Counted from the stretch's first letter, positions 41,206 through 50,986 are shown. The stretch: 64,000 nucleotides of DNA from Dehalococcoidia bacterium (GCA_963668585.1 OY764869.1:861212-925211), one strand, 5' to 3'. Notes: a model not told the origin generated them from the letters alone. Numbers and translations: made by a program.

Positions 41206-42339
41206 CTACCACTTCTGGATGACAGGCAGGATTTCCTTGCCGAATAGACCGATGTTTTTCATGGTGGCCTCGTGTCCCATGCGGGATTCCTGACCGTAGA
41301 AGACCAGGTGCTCCATGCCCAGGCGCTTGTGGAGGTATTCCAGCTTTTCGAGGACGGTGTCGGGGGTGCCGCAGACGATGTGGTAGTTGTCCTTGAGTTC
41401 TTCGAAGGTCTGCACGTTGAGGGGCTTGAGGCCGGAGCGCCGGGCGGCAATCGCGGAGCCGGCGGCGGAGCGGTAGCCGACGGGGGCCATGTATTCGCGG
41501 GGGCCCCGGACGGTGGGCCCCATGCGCCAGATGAAGTGCTTAGCCTGTTCGTCCGCTTCCTCCTGGGTGTCGCCGACGTAGCAGCAGAGGAGGTAGCCGA
41601 AGTTGTCGGGGACGGCCTCGCGGCCGGCGGCGTTGGCAGCCTGGGTGTACATTCCGAAGAGTTCCTCGGTGACGTCGAGGTCGGTGAGGAAGGCGACGTA
41701 GGTGTAGCCGTGCAGGCCGGACCACTCGGCGGTCTCCGGCGAAGAGGTGCCCGGCACCCAGATGGGAGGATGCGGCTGCTGGATGGGGACCATCCACGGA
41801 TTCACGACGCGGAAGTTGTAGTGCTTGCCCTCCCAGCGGAAGGGGCCGGGGGTCGTCCACGTCTTCATGATCAGGTCGTGGCACTCCTCGAAACGCTCGC
41901 GGTTGGCGACGGGGTTGTTGTTGGTGGAGACGGTCTCGACGCCGGTGCCGCGCACGAAGCCGGAGATGAGACGGCCGCCGGATATGACGTCGATCATGGC
42001 CAGTTCTTCGGCGAGACGCACGGGGTTGTCGTGGATCGGCAGGATGTTGCCCAGTATCAGGATCTTGGCGTGGTGGGTGATGCGGGCGAGAACGGCGGCG
42101 GACAGGTTGGTGGCCGCGTTCATGCAGGACGGCGTGTTGTGGTGCTCGTTGAGCATGATGCCGTCGAAGCCAAGTTCATCGGCGTAAACGCACTCGTCGA
42201 AGTAGCGTTTGAAGAGGTTGTTGGCGGTGCCAGGGTCGAACCAGGTGTTGGGGAAGGTGAGCCGCAGGGACGGGTACTTGTCGCCCTCTTCATCGGGATA
42301 TTCGTGGTAGGGGAACTCGGAGAAGTAGTAGCTTTTCAC
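41206..42339 (-). CDS. LLM-class flavin-dependent monooxygenase
   Basis: GFDGIMLNEHH, GRLISGFVRGTG, QQPHPPIW. Confidence 0.9.
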   Translation of the reverse strand: MKSYYFSEFPYHEYPDEEGDKYPSLRLTFPNTWFDPGTANNLFKRYFDECVYADELGFDGIMLNEHHNTPSCMNAATNLSAAVLARITHHAKILILGNILPIHDNPVRLAEELAMIDVISGGRLISGFVRGTGVETVSTNNNPVANRERFEECHDLIMKTWTTPGPFRWEGKHYNFRVVNPWMVPIQQPHPPIWVPGTSSPETAEWSGLHGYTYVAFLTDLDVTEELFGMYTQAANAAGREAVPDNFGYLLCCYVGDTQEEADEQAKHFIWRMGPTVRGPREYMAPVGYRSAAGSAIAARRSGLKPLNVQTFEELKDNYHIVCGTPDTVLEKLEYLHKRLGMEHLVFYGQESRMGHEATMKNIGLFGKEILPVIQKW

Positions 42340-42470
42340 GGGGTGATGGCCTCCGGTGGCGTTGATGGTGAGTGGGCGGGATTATACCAGTGTCATGATG
42401 GTGGGCCCGCCGGGTTGACAGGGCGGGAGCATCAGGAGGCGCGATGGTTGCCGGGGGTGCAGGGAGTTGG

Positions 42471-42803
42471 TCAACGCAGTTCGATGAAGGCGCTGTCTTC
42501 TTCCTGGCAAAAGCGCAGTATCTCCTCGCGATGAAATCTCAACAACTCAACCACTTCCGCGGAGGAGCAGTTGCCCAAACCGATACGAATGACTTTGGGC
42601 GGATGCCCAAGCCGTGAACTGATGGCAAGGTAATCAGCATCCTTTGAAACGATCACAAAACCGTTGGTTCTCGCGTACTCCCAAATGACTGCATCTTCTT
42701 GACCGGCCAGACCATCCAGACGCACATGTTGTGATTGAGGGAATATATCCTGGAGCGAGGTCACAAGCCGATAGGACAGGTTTTGGTCAAACAACAGCCG
42801 CAT
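42471..42803 (-). CDS. DUF5615 PIN-like toxin
   Basis: MRLLFDQNLS, D..IWEYA, IVSKDADY, PPKVI. Confidence 0.82.
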   Translation of the reverse strand: MRLLFDQNLSYRLVTSLQDIFPQSQHVRLDGLAGQEDAVIWEYARTNGFVIVSKDADYLAISSRLGHPPKVIRIGLGNCSSAEVVELLRFHREEILRFCQEEDSAFIELR

Positions 42804-42805
42804 CG

Positions 42806-43036
42806 TCACCGGGACGCGTACCGAACTCGCTGCTTCCGCAGCGCATCAAATTCGTGGCAAGCGAGAATATCTTCAACAGTCAATTCGGGGAAATCTGCCA
42901 GGACTTCCTGCTCGGTCATTCCGCCGGCCAGATATTCCAGAACGTCATCGACGGTGATGCGCATATTGCGGATGCAGGGCTGGCCGCTGCGCTTGCCGGG
43001 TTCGATGGTGATCCTTTCGATGTAGGACGTAGGCAT
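42806..43036 (-). CDS. DUF433 antitoxin-like protein
   Basis: RITIEPGKRSGQPCIR.MRITV.DVL, DFPELT.EDI.AC. Confidence 0.88.
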   Translation of the reverse strand: MPTSYIERITIEPGKRSGQPCIRNMRITVDDVLEYLAGGMTEQEVLADFPELTVEDILACHEFDALRKQRVRYASR

Positions 43037-43086
43037 GGCGTCAACCTTGTCGTGTGGCGCGGTGGCGGCGGATTTATTGCAGTTTA

Positions 43087-44505
43087 TCATGGTGATGCGG
43101 CCGGTTCCGGGCGCATCACTGGGCACCCTGCGCACATTGCGCCTTTGCTGCCGGGGATGCACTCGTGACCCGCTGTGTATGTTGCCGGGGTTTCCATGAT
43201 GGATGCCAGCGCTGTTGATTTGGGCGGCGGGAGGCTGACGCCGTCGGCTTCGGCGGCGCGGCGATCCTGGGCCTCGCCGAACAGGTCCATGCGGAGTTGT
43301 CGGCCGGAGGGCGGCCGCTGGCCGGGGAAGACGACGTAGGGCCAGGCGCGCTTGCGGACGACGCCCATGGACTGCAGGTCGCGCCAGTTGTCGATGCTGT
43401 GGCGGCGACGGTTTTCGAGGATGCGGCCGGCCGATACGGGGCCAATGCCGGGGATGCGCAGGAGTTGGTCCCTGGTCGCCGCGTTCAGGTCGATGGGGAA
43501 GGCGTCCAGGTTTTCCATGGCGATGACGGTCTTGGGGTCCTGTTCCAGCGAGAGGAAGCCGCCGTGGTCGAAGGCGAGGTCGATCTCGTCGGACGCGAAG
43601 TCATAGACGCGGCGGAGCCAGTCCATCTGGTAGAGGCGGTGTTCGCGGCCCGCGTGGACGGGCGGCTTTTCCTCCATGGGCGTGTGTTTGGCGGGCCGGA
43701 AGGGAGGGTAATAGACGCGCTTGAGGTTCCAGTCGGTGTACATCTGGTCAACGCGGCGGTAGATCTGGCGGTCGGACTCATCGGCGGCGCCGACGACGAA
43801 CTGGGTGGCCTGACCGACCGCGCCGCCCGCGCTGGCGGCAGTCAGTTCGTTGATCCACGCCATCGGGTCGAGTATGTCCTTCTGGAGATCCTTGTGGGGA
43901 CTGATGCGGCGCATCATGTCGGGTTCGGGGGTTTCGATGTTCACGGACAGACGGCTGCCCAGGCGGTGGGCGCGCTCGACCAGTTCGCGGGATGCGCCGG
44001 GCATGACCTTCAGGTGGATGTACCCTTTGAAGCCGTGCTTTCTCCGAATGATCTCGATGGTTTCCACCATGCGCTGGGTGGTTTTGGTGCCATCGCCGGC
44101 GATGCCGGAACTGAGGAACAGGCCGTCCACGGCGAGGCGGTTGTGGAGTTCCATGAAGGTGTCGGCCAGTTCCTCGCGCTTGAAGGCGTAGCGTTTGCGG
44201 GGGACGTAGATGCTGTTGGGGCAGTAGGCGCAGTCCATCTTGCAGAAGTCGGTGAACATGACGCGCATCAGGTTGACCTTCTTGCCGTTGGGCAGGCTGG
44301 ACTTGTAGATGCCAGGCGCGGGGTTTTTGCGGGGGTCGGAGTAGGCGATGCGGTTGGGTCCGCCGGTGGCGTAGCCGCTGGCGAATTTGTGGTCGTAGGA
44401 CGGTTCGGCGGTGGCCCTGCCGGCGGTGAGGATGTCGTCGGAGGCCGCCATGCCGCCGAGGATGTGCAGTTTGTCGTAGCGGTCGGGGGTGCGTTTGATG
44501 AGCAT
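43087..44505 (-). CDS. Putative DNA modification/repair radical SAM protein with HhH (TIGR03916-like)
   Basis: CKMDCAYC, GLFLSSG, GYIHLK..PG, REHRLYQ.DWL.R.Y, LLRIPGIG. Confidence 0.85.
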   Translation of the reverse strand: MLIKRTPDRYDKLHILGGMAASDDILTAGRATAEPSYDHKFASGYATGGPNRIAYSDPRKNPAPGIYKSSLPNGKKVNLMRVMFTDFCKMDCAYCPNSIYVPRKRYAFKREELADTFMELHNRLAVDGLFLSSGIAGDGTKTTQRMVETIEIIRRKHGFKGYIHLKVMPGASRELVERAHRLGSRLSVNIETPEPDMMRRISPHKDLQKDILDPMAWINELTAASAGGAVGQATQFVVGAADESDRQIYRRVDQMYTDWNLKRVYYPPFRPAKHTPMEEKPPVHAGREHRLYQMDWLRRVYDFASDEIDLAFDHGGFLSLEQDPKTVIAMENLDAFPIDLNAATRDQLLRIPGIGPVSAGRILENRRRHSIDNWRDLQSMGVVRKRAWPYVVFPGQRPPSGRQLRMDLFGEAQDRRAAEADGVSLPPPKSTALASIMETPATYTAGHECIPGSKGAMCAGCPVMRPEPAASP

Positions 44506-44558
44506 GGGATAGGTCGCTCCATGCCGGCGGTATTGGATTGGGACGTGCCGGCTTCAGC

Positions 44559-44570
44559 GAACCCATGTTC
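44559..44570. promoter_or_regulatory. LexA (SOS) box
   Basis: GAAC-CCAT-GTTC about 54 nt upstream of the radical SAM start, next to an AT-rich -10-like sequence. Confidence 0.65.
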
Positions 44571-44695
44571 ATATAATGGGGATGCAGGGTCAACGGGCGA
44601 ATGTCACTGAATGGGCGCTCTGCCGACGAACGACACGCCCGGGTCGGCGCGATGGCGGCGATGCGCGACCGGCCACGGAGGGCCGACGGGTACCG

Positions 44696-46063
44696 TCAGG
44701 TCAGAGCGGTCAGGCGGTGGCGGGCGTCGGGGGTGATCTCGTAGCGCCGGGGTTTTTCGCTGGCCAGGGCGACGCCGTGCTGCTCCATGACGGGCCACAG
44801 TTGCTTGGCGAACCAGGAACCGAACTGCGCGGCGGTGTAGTTGGACACTGGATGCTCGGGCCATTGCGCCCTGATGGCAGCCTGGGCGTCGGAGGATTTG
44901 AAGATGTCGTCGGTGATGCCGTCGGCGGCGGCGGCGGCGAGTTGCTCCGGCGTGAGTTCCGGCTGACTTGCGGCCGGCTCAGCCCGACGCGGGGACGGCC
45001 GGCCTGGTCGTGGCGATGGCGACAGGGAATCCCTGGCGTCCTGCGTGATTTCGTAGGTCCTGGGCGAACTTGTCCGGGGCATGGCAACGCCGCGTTCCCG
45101 GAGGATCGGCCAGACCTGGTTGAGCAGGAACTGTCCAAATTTGGCGGTGTCTGACGCCGCAGGGAGGTCGGGCCAACGGGCCTTGACGACCTGGTGGGCG
45201 TCGGCGACCTTGAACCGTCCGACGGGCAACCGGCGTATCAACTCCTCGGCGATGGCGTCGCTGGAGGGGTTCGCTGCGCTGGAGGGGTTCGCTGCGCTGG
45301 AGGGGTTCGCTGCGGTGGAGGGGTTCGTTGCGCTGGAGGGGTTCGCTGCGGTGGAAGGATTTGCGGCGATGGGAGGATTGGAGGCGATGGAAGGGTTGGC
45401 TGCGCTGGAGGGAATGGCTGCGGCCGGTGGGGGCGGCAATGCGGCCGGCCGTTCCGGCTCGGACAGTCGGGGAACCTCCGGTTGGTCGATTTCCAACTCC
45501 GGCGCTGGCTCAGTTGCAGCCGATACCATGCGGTCTGCGGACAGGTCCCAACGCAGGTTTTCCGGAATGAAACGCTCCATTTCGGACGACAGGCCGCCCG
45601 CTTCGGGCGATGTGATCCACAGAAACGGGGTCTGATCCACGCCGACGGAACGGGCCAGTTCCCTGACCTTGACGAACAGCGCGCCGAAATCGCTGTCGTT
45701 GCTGACCACCCCGACGCAGGCGGCCTGGCCGGTCACCAGGTCGGCGACGGCATCGGCGGTTATGGCCAGGTCTGCGGAGTTTTTGGCCCGGTGGTTGCTG
45801 AAATGCTGGATGCCACGGACTCGGAGACGCAAATCAGCATACGCGGATTCGGCCCACATCTCCCAACTTGCCACCCGGTCGGCGCGGACGTACAGGGAGA
45901 CGCCACCCAGCGGCGGCCGGTCGGCGGGCCAGTTGGCGATGATCTGGTTGACGATGCTCTGGGCGTGCTCCGACTCGCGGAGGTTCTCGGTGTCCACGTA
46001 GATGGCGGAACCCGGTGATGGTTGGGCGGAACCGTTGCCGTTGCCGTTGGAGTGGGTGGTCAT
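44696..46063 (-). CDS. NYN-domain protein with a repeat linker and a duplicated C-terminal domain
   Basis: IYVDTEN, KNSADL.IT.DA, VSNDSDF; (AANPSS)n linker; two homologous ~75-aa units ending YEIT.DAR. Confidence 0.8.
   Translation of the reverse strand: MTTHSNGNGNGSAQPSPGSAIYVDTENLRESEHAQSIVNQIIANWPADRPPLGGVSLYVRADRVASWEMWAESAYADLRLRVRGIQHFSNHRAKNSADLAITADAVADLVTGQAACVGVVSNDSDFGALFVKVRELARSVGVDQTPFLWITSPEAGGLSSEMERFIPENLRWDLSADRMVSAATEPAPELEIDQPEVPRLSEPERPAALPPPPAAAIPSSAANPSIASNPPIAANPSTAANPSSATNPSTAANPSSAANPSSAANPSSDAIAEELIRRLPVGRFKVADAHQVVKARWPDLPAASDTAKFGQFLLNQVWPILRERGVAMPRTSSPRTYEITQDARDSLSPSPRPGRPSPRRAEPAASQPELTPEQLAAAAADGITDDIFKSSDAQAAIRAQWPEHPVSNYTAAQFGSWFAKQLWPVMEQHGVALASEKPRRYEITPDARHRLTALT
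45261..45420 (-). repeat. 18-nt coding tandem repeat (AANPSS-like)
   Basis: Repeated CTGGAGGGGTTCGCTGCG units on the + strand, degenerating rightwards. Confidence 0.85.
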
Positions 46064-46075
46064 ATGGGTATGTAG

Positions 46076-46495
46076 TTACAGCGTCAATTCTGCTGGGATA
46101 AGTCGGTGGTTTTTGGCGTCGGCAGCCAATCCGAATGCTTCCAACGCCATCGCTCCCAACAATACTTTGCGTGAGTCTGGGCCGAATACCACCTGTACGG
46201 TTTTAGTTCTGCCCTCCAAATCGAGCAGAGTCTCCCCTAAAAACATCTCTCTAACCGAGCCGTCAGCGAGTCGGAACAGGGCCTCCTCATCTCTCTCAAC
46301 GCCCATCTCATCCAGGATTTGCTCTGGAATGATCACAAATGATGACCCGGTATCGACGACACCGTTCAGCAAACGCGGCTCGTTACCGTTTTTGTGGCGT
46401 ACTCTGAAATCAATACTGAAGATTCCCACGTCATCGCCGACGGTCGTTCCGGGCAGGATGATCCACTGCTCGGCCCTTTGCTGAATCTGCGTCAT
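46076..46495 (-). CDS. Clan AA (retropepsin-like) aspartic protease
   Basis: VDTGSS, F.LADG, LLGAMALE. Confidence 0.8.
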   Translation of the reverse strand: MTQIQQRAEQWIILPGTTVGDDVGIFSIDFRVRHKNGNEPRLLNGVVDTGSSFVIIPEQILDEMGVERDEEALFRLADGSVREMFLGETLLDLEGRTKTVQVVFGPDSRKVLLGAMALEAFGLAADAKNHRLIPAELTL

Positions 46496-46507
46496 TGGAG
46501 CATCACA

Positions 46508-47635
46508 CTACACGAACGCGGGCTGCTCGAAGGTTCCGCCGACGACCGGTTTGGCGTCTATGCCCAGCCACTGTTCGACGAGGGTGCCGTACACGCCGCG
46601 GAAGTCGGTGTTGAAGGCCAGGTCGCCTTCGACGAGGTCCTCGGGAGCGAGGGACGGGTATGCGCCGTACATGCCGCCGCGCACCGGGTCGCCGATGGCG
46701 AAGGACACGCCGCCGCTGCCGTGGTCGGAACCGCTGCCGTTGTCCCTGACGCGGCGGCCGAACTCGGTGAAGGCGAACATGACCACGTTGTCGGCGGCGT
46801 CGTGCTCGCGCAGGTCGGCGTAGAAGTCGCTGACGGCGCGGCTGAGGTCGCCGAGAAGCCTGGGATGCACGTCGGCCTCGCTGGCGTGGGTATCATAGCC
46901 GCCCTGCTGGGTGTAGAAGATGCGGGTGCCGAGGTTGGCGGTGAGAACCTTGGCGATGCCCTGCAGGTTGCGGGAGATTCCGGTGTCGGCGTATTCGACG
47001 GATGATGTGTACATATCCGGGGCGGCCTTGAGGATATCGGCGCCCTTGAGCGCGTCGAGGCCGGTCTGCCCGAGGTAGTCCATGGTGGCGCCGAGGCCGA
47101 CGGTGGGAGAATACATACGCGCGAAGATGTCGAGAGCCTGGGAACGCTCGGGCTCGCCGGAGATACCCGTGAGCACGCCGTAGGTTTCCAGGACGGCGAC
47201 GGATGCCACCGGCACGCCGGTGAGGGCCATGGCGCGGGGGAGGCCACGCCCGAAGTTGACGCCGGTGAGGACGTTCTCGGCGTGGGGGTCGAGGTCGCGG
47301 ATGACGCGTCCCAGCCAGCCTTCCGTGCCCACCTTTTCCGGTTCGCAGGTGTGCCAGATGTCCATGCTGCGGAAGTGGGAGCGGTTGGGCGTGGGGTAGC
47401 CGACGCCGTTGATGATGGCGACCTTGCCGGCGTCGTACAGCGACTTGATCTCGGGGATCGCCGGGTTGAAGCCGAAGTGGTCGTCGATGGGCAGCGCCTG
47501 TTCGGCGGGGATGCCGACGGTGGGCCGGTTGTCATGGTAGCGCCCATCGGCATAGGGAATGACGGTGTTCAGGTAGTCATTGCCGCCGGTGAGTTGGATG
47601 ACGACGAGTATGGGGTCCTTGGTGGTGCTGGTCAT
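46508..47635 (-). CDS. DUF1501 family protein
   Basis: LVVIQL.GGND.LN, PNRSHFRSMDIW, GYDTH, EFGRR..DN.SG.DHG, DFR.VY. Confidence 0.9.
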   Translation of the reverse strand: MTSTTKDPILVVIQLTGGNDYLNTVIPYADGRYHDNRPTVGIPAEQALPIDDHFGFNPAIPEIKSLYDAGKVAIINGVGYPTPNRSHFRSMDIWHTCEPEKVGTEGWLGRVIRDLDPHAENVLTGVNFGRGLPRAMALTGVPVASVAVLETYGVLTGISGEPERSQALDIFARMYSPTVGLGATMDYLGQTGLDALKGADILKAAPDMYTSSVEYADTGISRNLQGIAKVLTANLGTRIFYTQQGGYDTHASEADVHPRLLGDLSRAVSDFYADLREHDAADNVVMFAFTEFGRRVRDNGSGSDHGSGGVSFAIGDPVRGGMYGAYPSLAPEDLVEGDLAFNTDFRGVYGTLVEQWLGIDAKPVVGGTFEQPAFV

Positions 47636-47679
47636 GATGACGATACTCCGTGGAGTGGTGATGGGCGTAGTTTAGCACA

Positions 47680-48200
47680 GAGACGGGGCAGGTTTGAAAC
47701 CTGCCCCTACGTGCCGGGGGCGTGGCGGTCGTTGCGGCGTGGGCGGTGCGGTGCGGGGGTGGGCGGGGTCGTGAGAGAGGTGCGGGTCTGTCAGGAGTGC
47801 GGCAGCGGGAGACGGGGCAGGTTTGAAACCTGCCCCTACGTGCCGGGGGCGTGGCGGTCGTTGCGGCGTGGGCGGTGCGGTGCGGGGGTGGGCGGGGTCG
47901 TGAGAGAGGTGCGGGTCTGTCAGGAGTGCGGCAGCGGGAGACGGGGCAGGTTTGAAACCTGCCCCTACGTGCCGGGGGCGTTGCCGGCGAAGGGTTATCC
48001 GGCCCGGCGCGTGGCGGTCGTTGCGGCGGGGGCGGTGCGGCGGCGCGGTGCGGGGGTGGGCGGGGTCGTGAGAGAGGTGCGGGTCTGTCGGGAGTGCGGC
48101 AGCGGGAGACGGGGCAGGTTTGAAACCTGCCCCTACGTGCCGGGGGTGTTGCCGGCGAAGGGTTGTCCGGCCCGGCGCGTGGCGGTCGTTGCGGCGGGGA
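47680..48200. repeat. Tandem array of four REP-containing units
   Basis: REP palindrome at 47685, 47814, 47943 and 48111 (spacing 129, 129, 168 nt); the first two units are identical by eye. Confidence 0.9.
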
Positions 48201-48445
48201 TGGGACGGCGGCGTGGTTATTGCGAGGCGGCGCGGATGGCGAGGGTACGGGCGACCAACCGTTCGTCCCTATATATTGACGCGCGAAGGACGTTGGGTCA
48301 CATAGAGCCTGCCCGTGTGTTGACAGGCAGGCTCGGAACAGGCTGGGTTGATCGGGATTTACCGGTGGTGTCCATGCGGTGATAAACTCAAACTCCACAT
48401 GATGTGCCACCCGCGAAATGTGCCACCTGCGAAGGAGACAACGCC

Positions 48446-48709
48446 ATGAGCCACTGGGATAGCTGTGATGCCATCGAACGTCACCCAGACAAAGTGAGCG
48501 GAGCCTGGATCTTCAAGAACACCAGGCTGCCCGTGGCGAGCCTGTTCAATGCCTTCAAGGACAGCCCAACCATCGACGAATTCATCGACGACTTCGGGGC
48601 CGTCACCCGGGAACAGATCGAGGCCATTCTCGATCACGAAATCCGGTCCCTGGAGAAACACTTCGCCGATGAAGATACTGCTGGACAACAACGTCCCAAG
48701 ACTGCTTAG
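48446..48709 (+). CDS. DUF433 family protein
   Basis: IER.PDKVSGAWIF..TRLPV..LF; SD AAGGAG. Confidence 0.8.
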   Translation: MSHWDSCDAIERHPDKVSGAWIFKNTRLPVASLFNAFKDSPTIDEFIDDFGAVTREQIEAILDHEIRSLEKHFADEDTAGQQRPKTA

Positions 48710-48996
48710 GAATAACCTGCCGGGCCACCAAGTGGACGTCGCCCTACAGTTCAGTTGGCACACCCTCACCAACGGCGAACTCCTGGACAAAGCTGAAAGC
48801 GAGGGATATCAAACTGCTGATCACCGCCGACCAACGGATCCCCTACCAGCAGAACCTGTCCCGCAGAAACATCGCTGTACTCATCATCACCGCAAATCGC
48901 CGGAGGCACGTGAGCCGGGCTCTGACCGCAATAAGCGACGCTGTCAACTCCATAAATCAGGGAGAAACACGCATGCTGGAAATCGACGCAACGTGA
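48669..48996 (+). pseudogene. DUF5615 PIN-like toxin with a one-base frameshift at 48811-48813
   Basis: MKILLDNNVP...NGELL..AE..GY continues in another frame as LLITADQ.IPYQQNL; removing one A from CAAAC restores it. Confidence 0.7.
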
Positions 48997-49033
48997 ACCA
49001 CACACCAAAAAGCCACAATGGAACGAGCCGAAG

Positions 49034-49651
49034 ATGACGTTTGCCGTCGCAATAAAGACTTGCCTCCGCAAATACGTTGTGTTCAGCGGGCGGGCCACGC
49101 GCGCCGAGTTCTGGTGGTGGGCGCTGGCGGTGGTCATCGTCAGTGTCGTTCTGGGCGCGGCGGACGCCGTCATCGAAGCACTGGCCGGCTGGGAGGGTTT
49201 CAGCCTGCTATCCGGCATATTTTCGTTGGCGACCCTGCTGCCCAACCTGGCGGTAACCGCCCGCCGGCTGCATGACATCGGAAAATCCGGGTGGTGGCTG
49301 CTGCTATGGATTGTGTTGGGCCTGGGGCCATGGCTCATATTGGCAGGGCTGGTGATAGGCGCCTGGTACAGTACTTTCTATGCAGTAAGCTCGTCCGCGG
49401 GCCCCGTCGAGTTCGTTGTGAACCTATTGTTCGGGTTCGCCCTGGTATGGATTCTGGCGATATTGGGGTTGATCTTCGCAATCCTGGTCAGCGTCGCCAT
49501 CGTTGTTTGGGAAATAGTCTGGTTGACCCGTCAGGGAAATGCCGGCCCCAATCGCTACGGGCCGGACCCCCGCGCCCCACAGCAAACGCCTCCGCCAACA
49601 CCCCTTCCGCCTGACATAATGCCAATTCAAGGAGAAGCAACACCATGCTGA
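49034..49651 (+). CDS. DUF805 membrane protein
   Basis: KY..FSGRATRAEFWW, AV.ARRLHDIGKSGWW, GPNRYGPDP. Confidence 0.9.
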   Translation: MTFAVAIKTCLRKYVVFSGRATRAEFWWWALAVVIVSVVLGAADAVIEALAGWEGFSLLSGIFSLATLLPNLAVTARRLHDIGKSGWWLLLWIVLGLGPWLILAGLVIGAWYSTFYAVSSSAGPVEFVVNLLFGFALVWILAILGLIFAILVSVAIVVWEIVWLTRQGNAGPNRYGPDPRAPQQTPPPTPLPPDIMPIQGEATPC

Positions 49652-50187
49652 CGGACCCGCAGGAGTTTCTACGCTACTTTGATTCGATCCACCGCCGCAC
49701 GCTGCGGGACATCCATGCGCTGCCGTCGCCCGCGCATGGCTGGACGCCACCGATGGGCGAGGGCGAGAAGTCGTGGAGCATCAACCAGATTGTGCATCAC
49801 ATCTGCGAGTCGCGGATGTATTTCGCCCGGGCCTACCGCAACGAGGGCTGGCTGTACGACTGGCAGGTGCCCAGCACGGAGCGACAATCGGAGTGGGTAC
49901 CCGCGCTGGAGGAGTCCCACGCCGAGTTTCACCGCCGGCTGGATGATACGCCGGCGGATTGGCTGCAACGGCGCATCAAGATGATCGACACCGACGGCAC
50001 GCTGAGCGGGTGGCGCATTCTGATGATGCTGATTGAGCACGAGGTACACCACCGTTCGCAGATCGACACCTACTCCGGCATCAACGGGTGGGACGTGCCG
50101 CAGATCTACGGGCGGACGCGGGAACAGATCGACGAGTTGCAGGAAGGGCAGCGGGCGAGAGGCGGCGGTTCGACAGGCTCACCTTGA
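49645..50187 (+). CDS. DinB-family protein
   Basis: WS..QIVHHI, EHEVHHRSQ. Confidence 0.82.
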   Translation: MLTDPQEFLRYFDSIHRRTLRDIHALPSPAHGWTPPMGEGEKSWSINQIVHHICESRMYFARAYRNEGWLYDWQVPSTERQSEWVPALEESHAEFHRRLDDTPADWLQRRIKMIDTDGTLSGWRILMMLIEHEVHHRSQIDTYSGINGWDVPQIYGRTREQIDELQEGQRARGGGSTGSP

Positions 50188-50220
50188 GCGGGGCGAATGC
50201 GCAGGTGGTTTGGTGAACCG

Positions 50221-50871
50221 TCAGTTGCGTAGCCTGAGGCCGGACAATCCCTGTCCCCCGTAGAACGGGACCCCCTGTTCGACGCCAAGCAGTGCGCTCA
50301 ACGCGCCGGCGCGGGCTCGCGTGACGGCCCGGGACAAGCGGCTTGAATCGTCGCTGGCGAGGTAGAAGACGGCCGCGGGGATGCCAAAAGCGAGCACAAG
50401 CCCGCCCAGGCCAACGCCGAGCAACGTGTAGGCGACCGCGCCAAAGCCGTCCACAAAGGGAGGCAATTCCAGACGCGCCATCACCAGCGTCAGAATGTTC
50501 AGGGCCACACCCCACACCGCGCCGGTGAGGAGCAGGAATACGACCACGGCGTAAAGCAGGCGGATGCTCCTGCGGTTTGAATCGGCAGGTTCGGGAACGT
50601 CCGGGTCAATGTCGCGCTGGAGAAGAACGCGGCGACCGTACCGGTTGACAAGCCTCGCGACGAACAGTGTCGAGTATTGCAACAGCATCGCGGACGCGAA
50701 CAGACAGATCACCAGCACGCCGGCAATGAAAGGCCATTGCTCCGGCGGATAGTCCGTAATCCACAAGAACGCCACAGCAATCAAGGCTATAGGAAAACCC
50801 ATGACTGCCGCCCTAACTGGGAGCAATAAATCGTTCTTACTCACACCGTAGGCCGTTTTATCGTTGTTCAT
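50221..50871 (-). CDS. Hypothetical membrane protein (about 4 TM)
   Basis: Four hydrophobic segments; no recognised motif. Confidence 0.5.
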   Translation of the reverse strand: MNNDKTAYGVSKNDLLLPVRAAVMGFPIALIAVAFLWITDYPPEQWPFIAGVLVICLFASAMLLQYSTLFVARLVNRYGRRVLLQRDIDPDVPEPADSNRRSIRLLYAVVVFLLLTGAVWGVALNILTLVMARLELPPFVDGFGAVAYTLLGVGLGGLVLAFGIPAAVFYLASDDSSRLSRAVTRARAGALSALLGVEQGVPFYGGQGLSGLRLRN

Positions 50872-50986
50872 CTCCGTGGCCTCCGTCGAAAATGTCTCGC
50901 CAAGCAAACCTGAATACGTCGAGGCTCGCCATAATGATCGACAGCATCGATACCAGCACAACGTATGCCAGCATGCTGTTGGACAT
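50858..50986 (-). CDS. Possible 42-aa membrane peptide
   Basis: One hydrophobic helix; stop overlaps the start region of the next gene. Confidence 0.25.
   Translation of the reverse strand: MSNSMLAYVVLVSMLSIIMASLDVFRFAWRDIFDGGHGDEQR

Noticed and set aside
47282-48410. Long ORFs with repeated RGRFETCPY / RGRFQTCP peptides
   Set aside because: They are translations of the REP tandem array, whose unit lengths are multiples of three.
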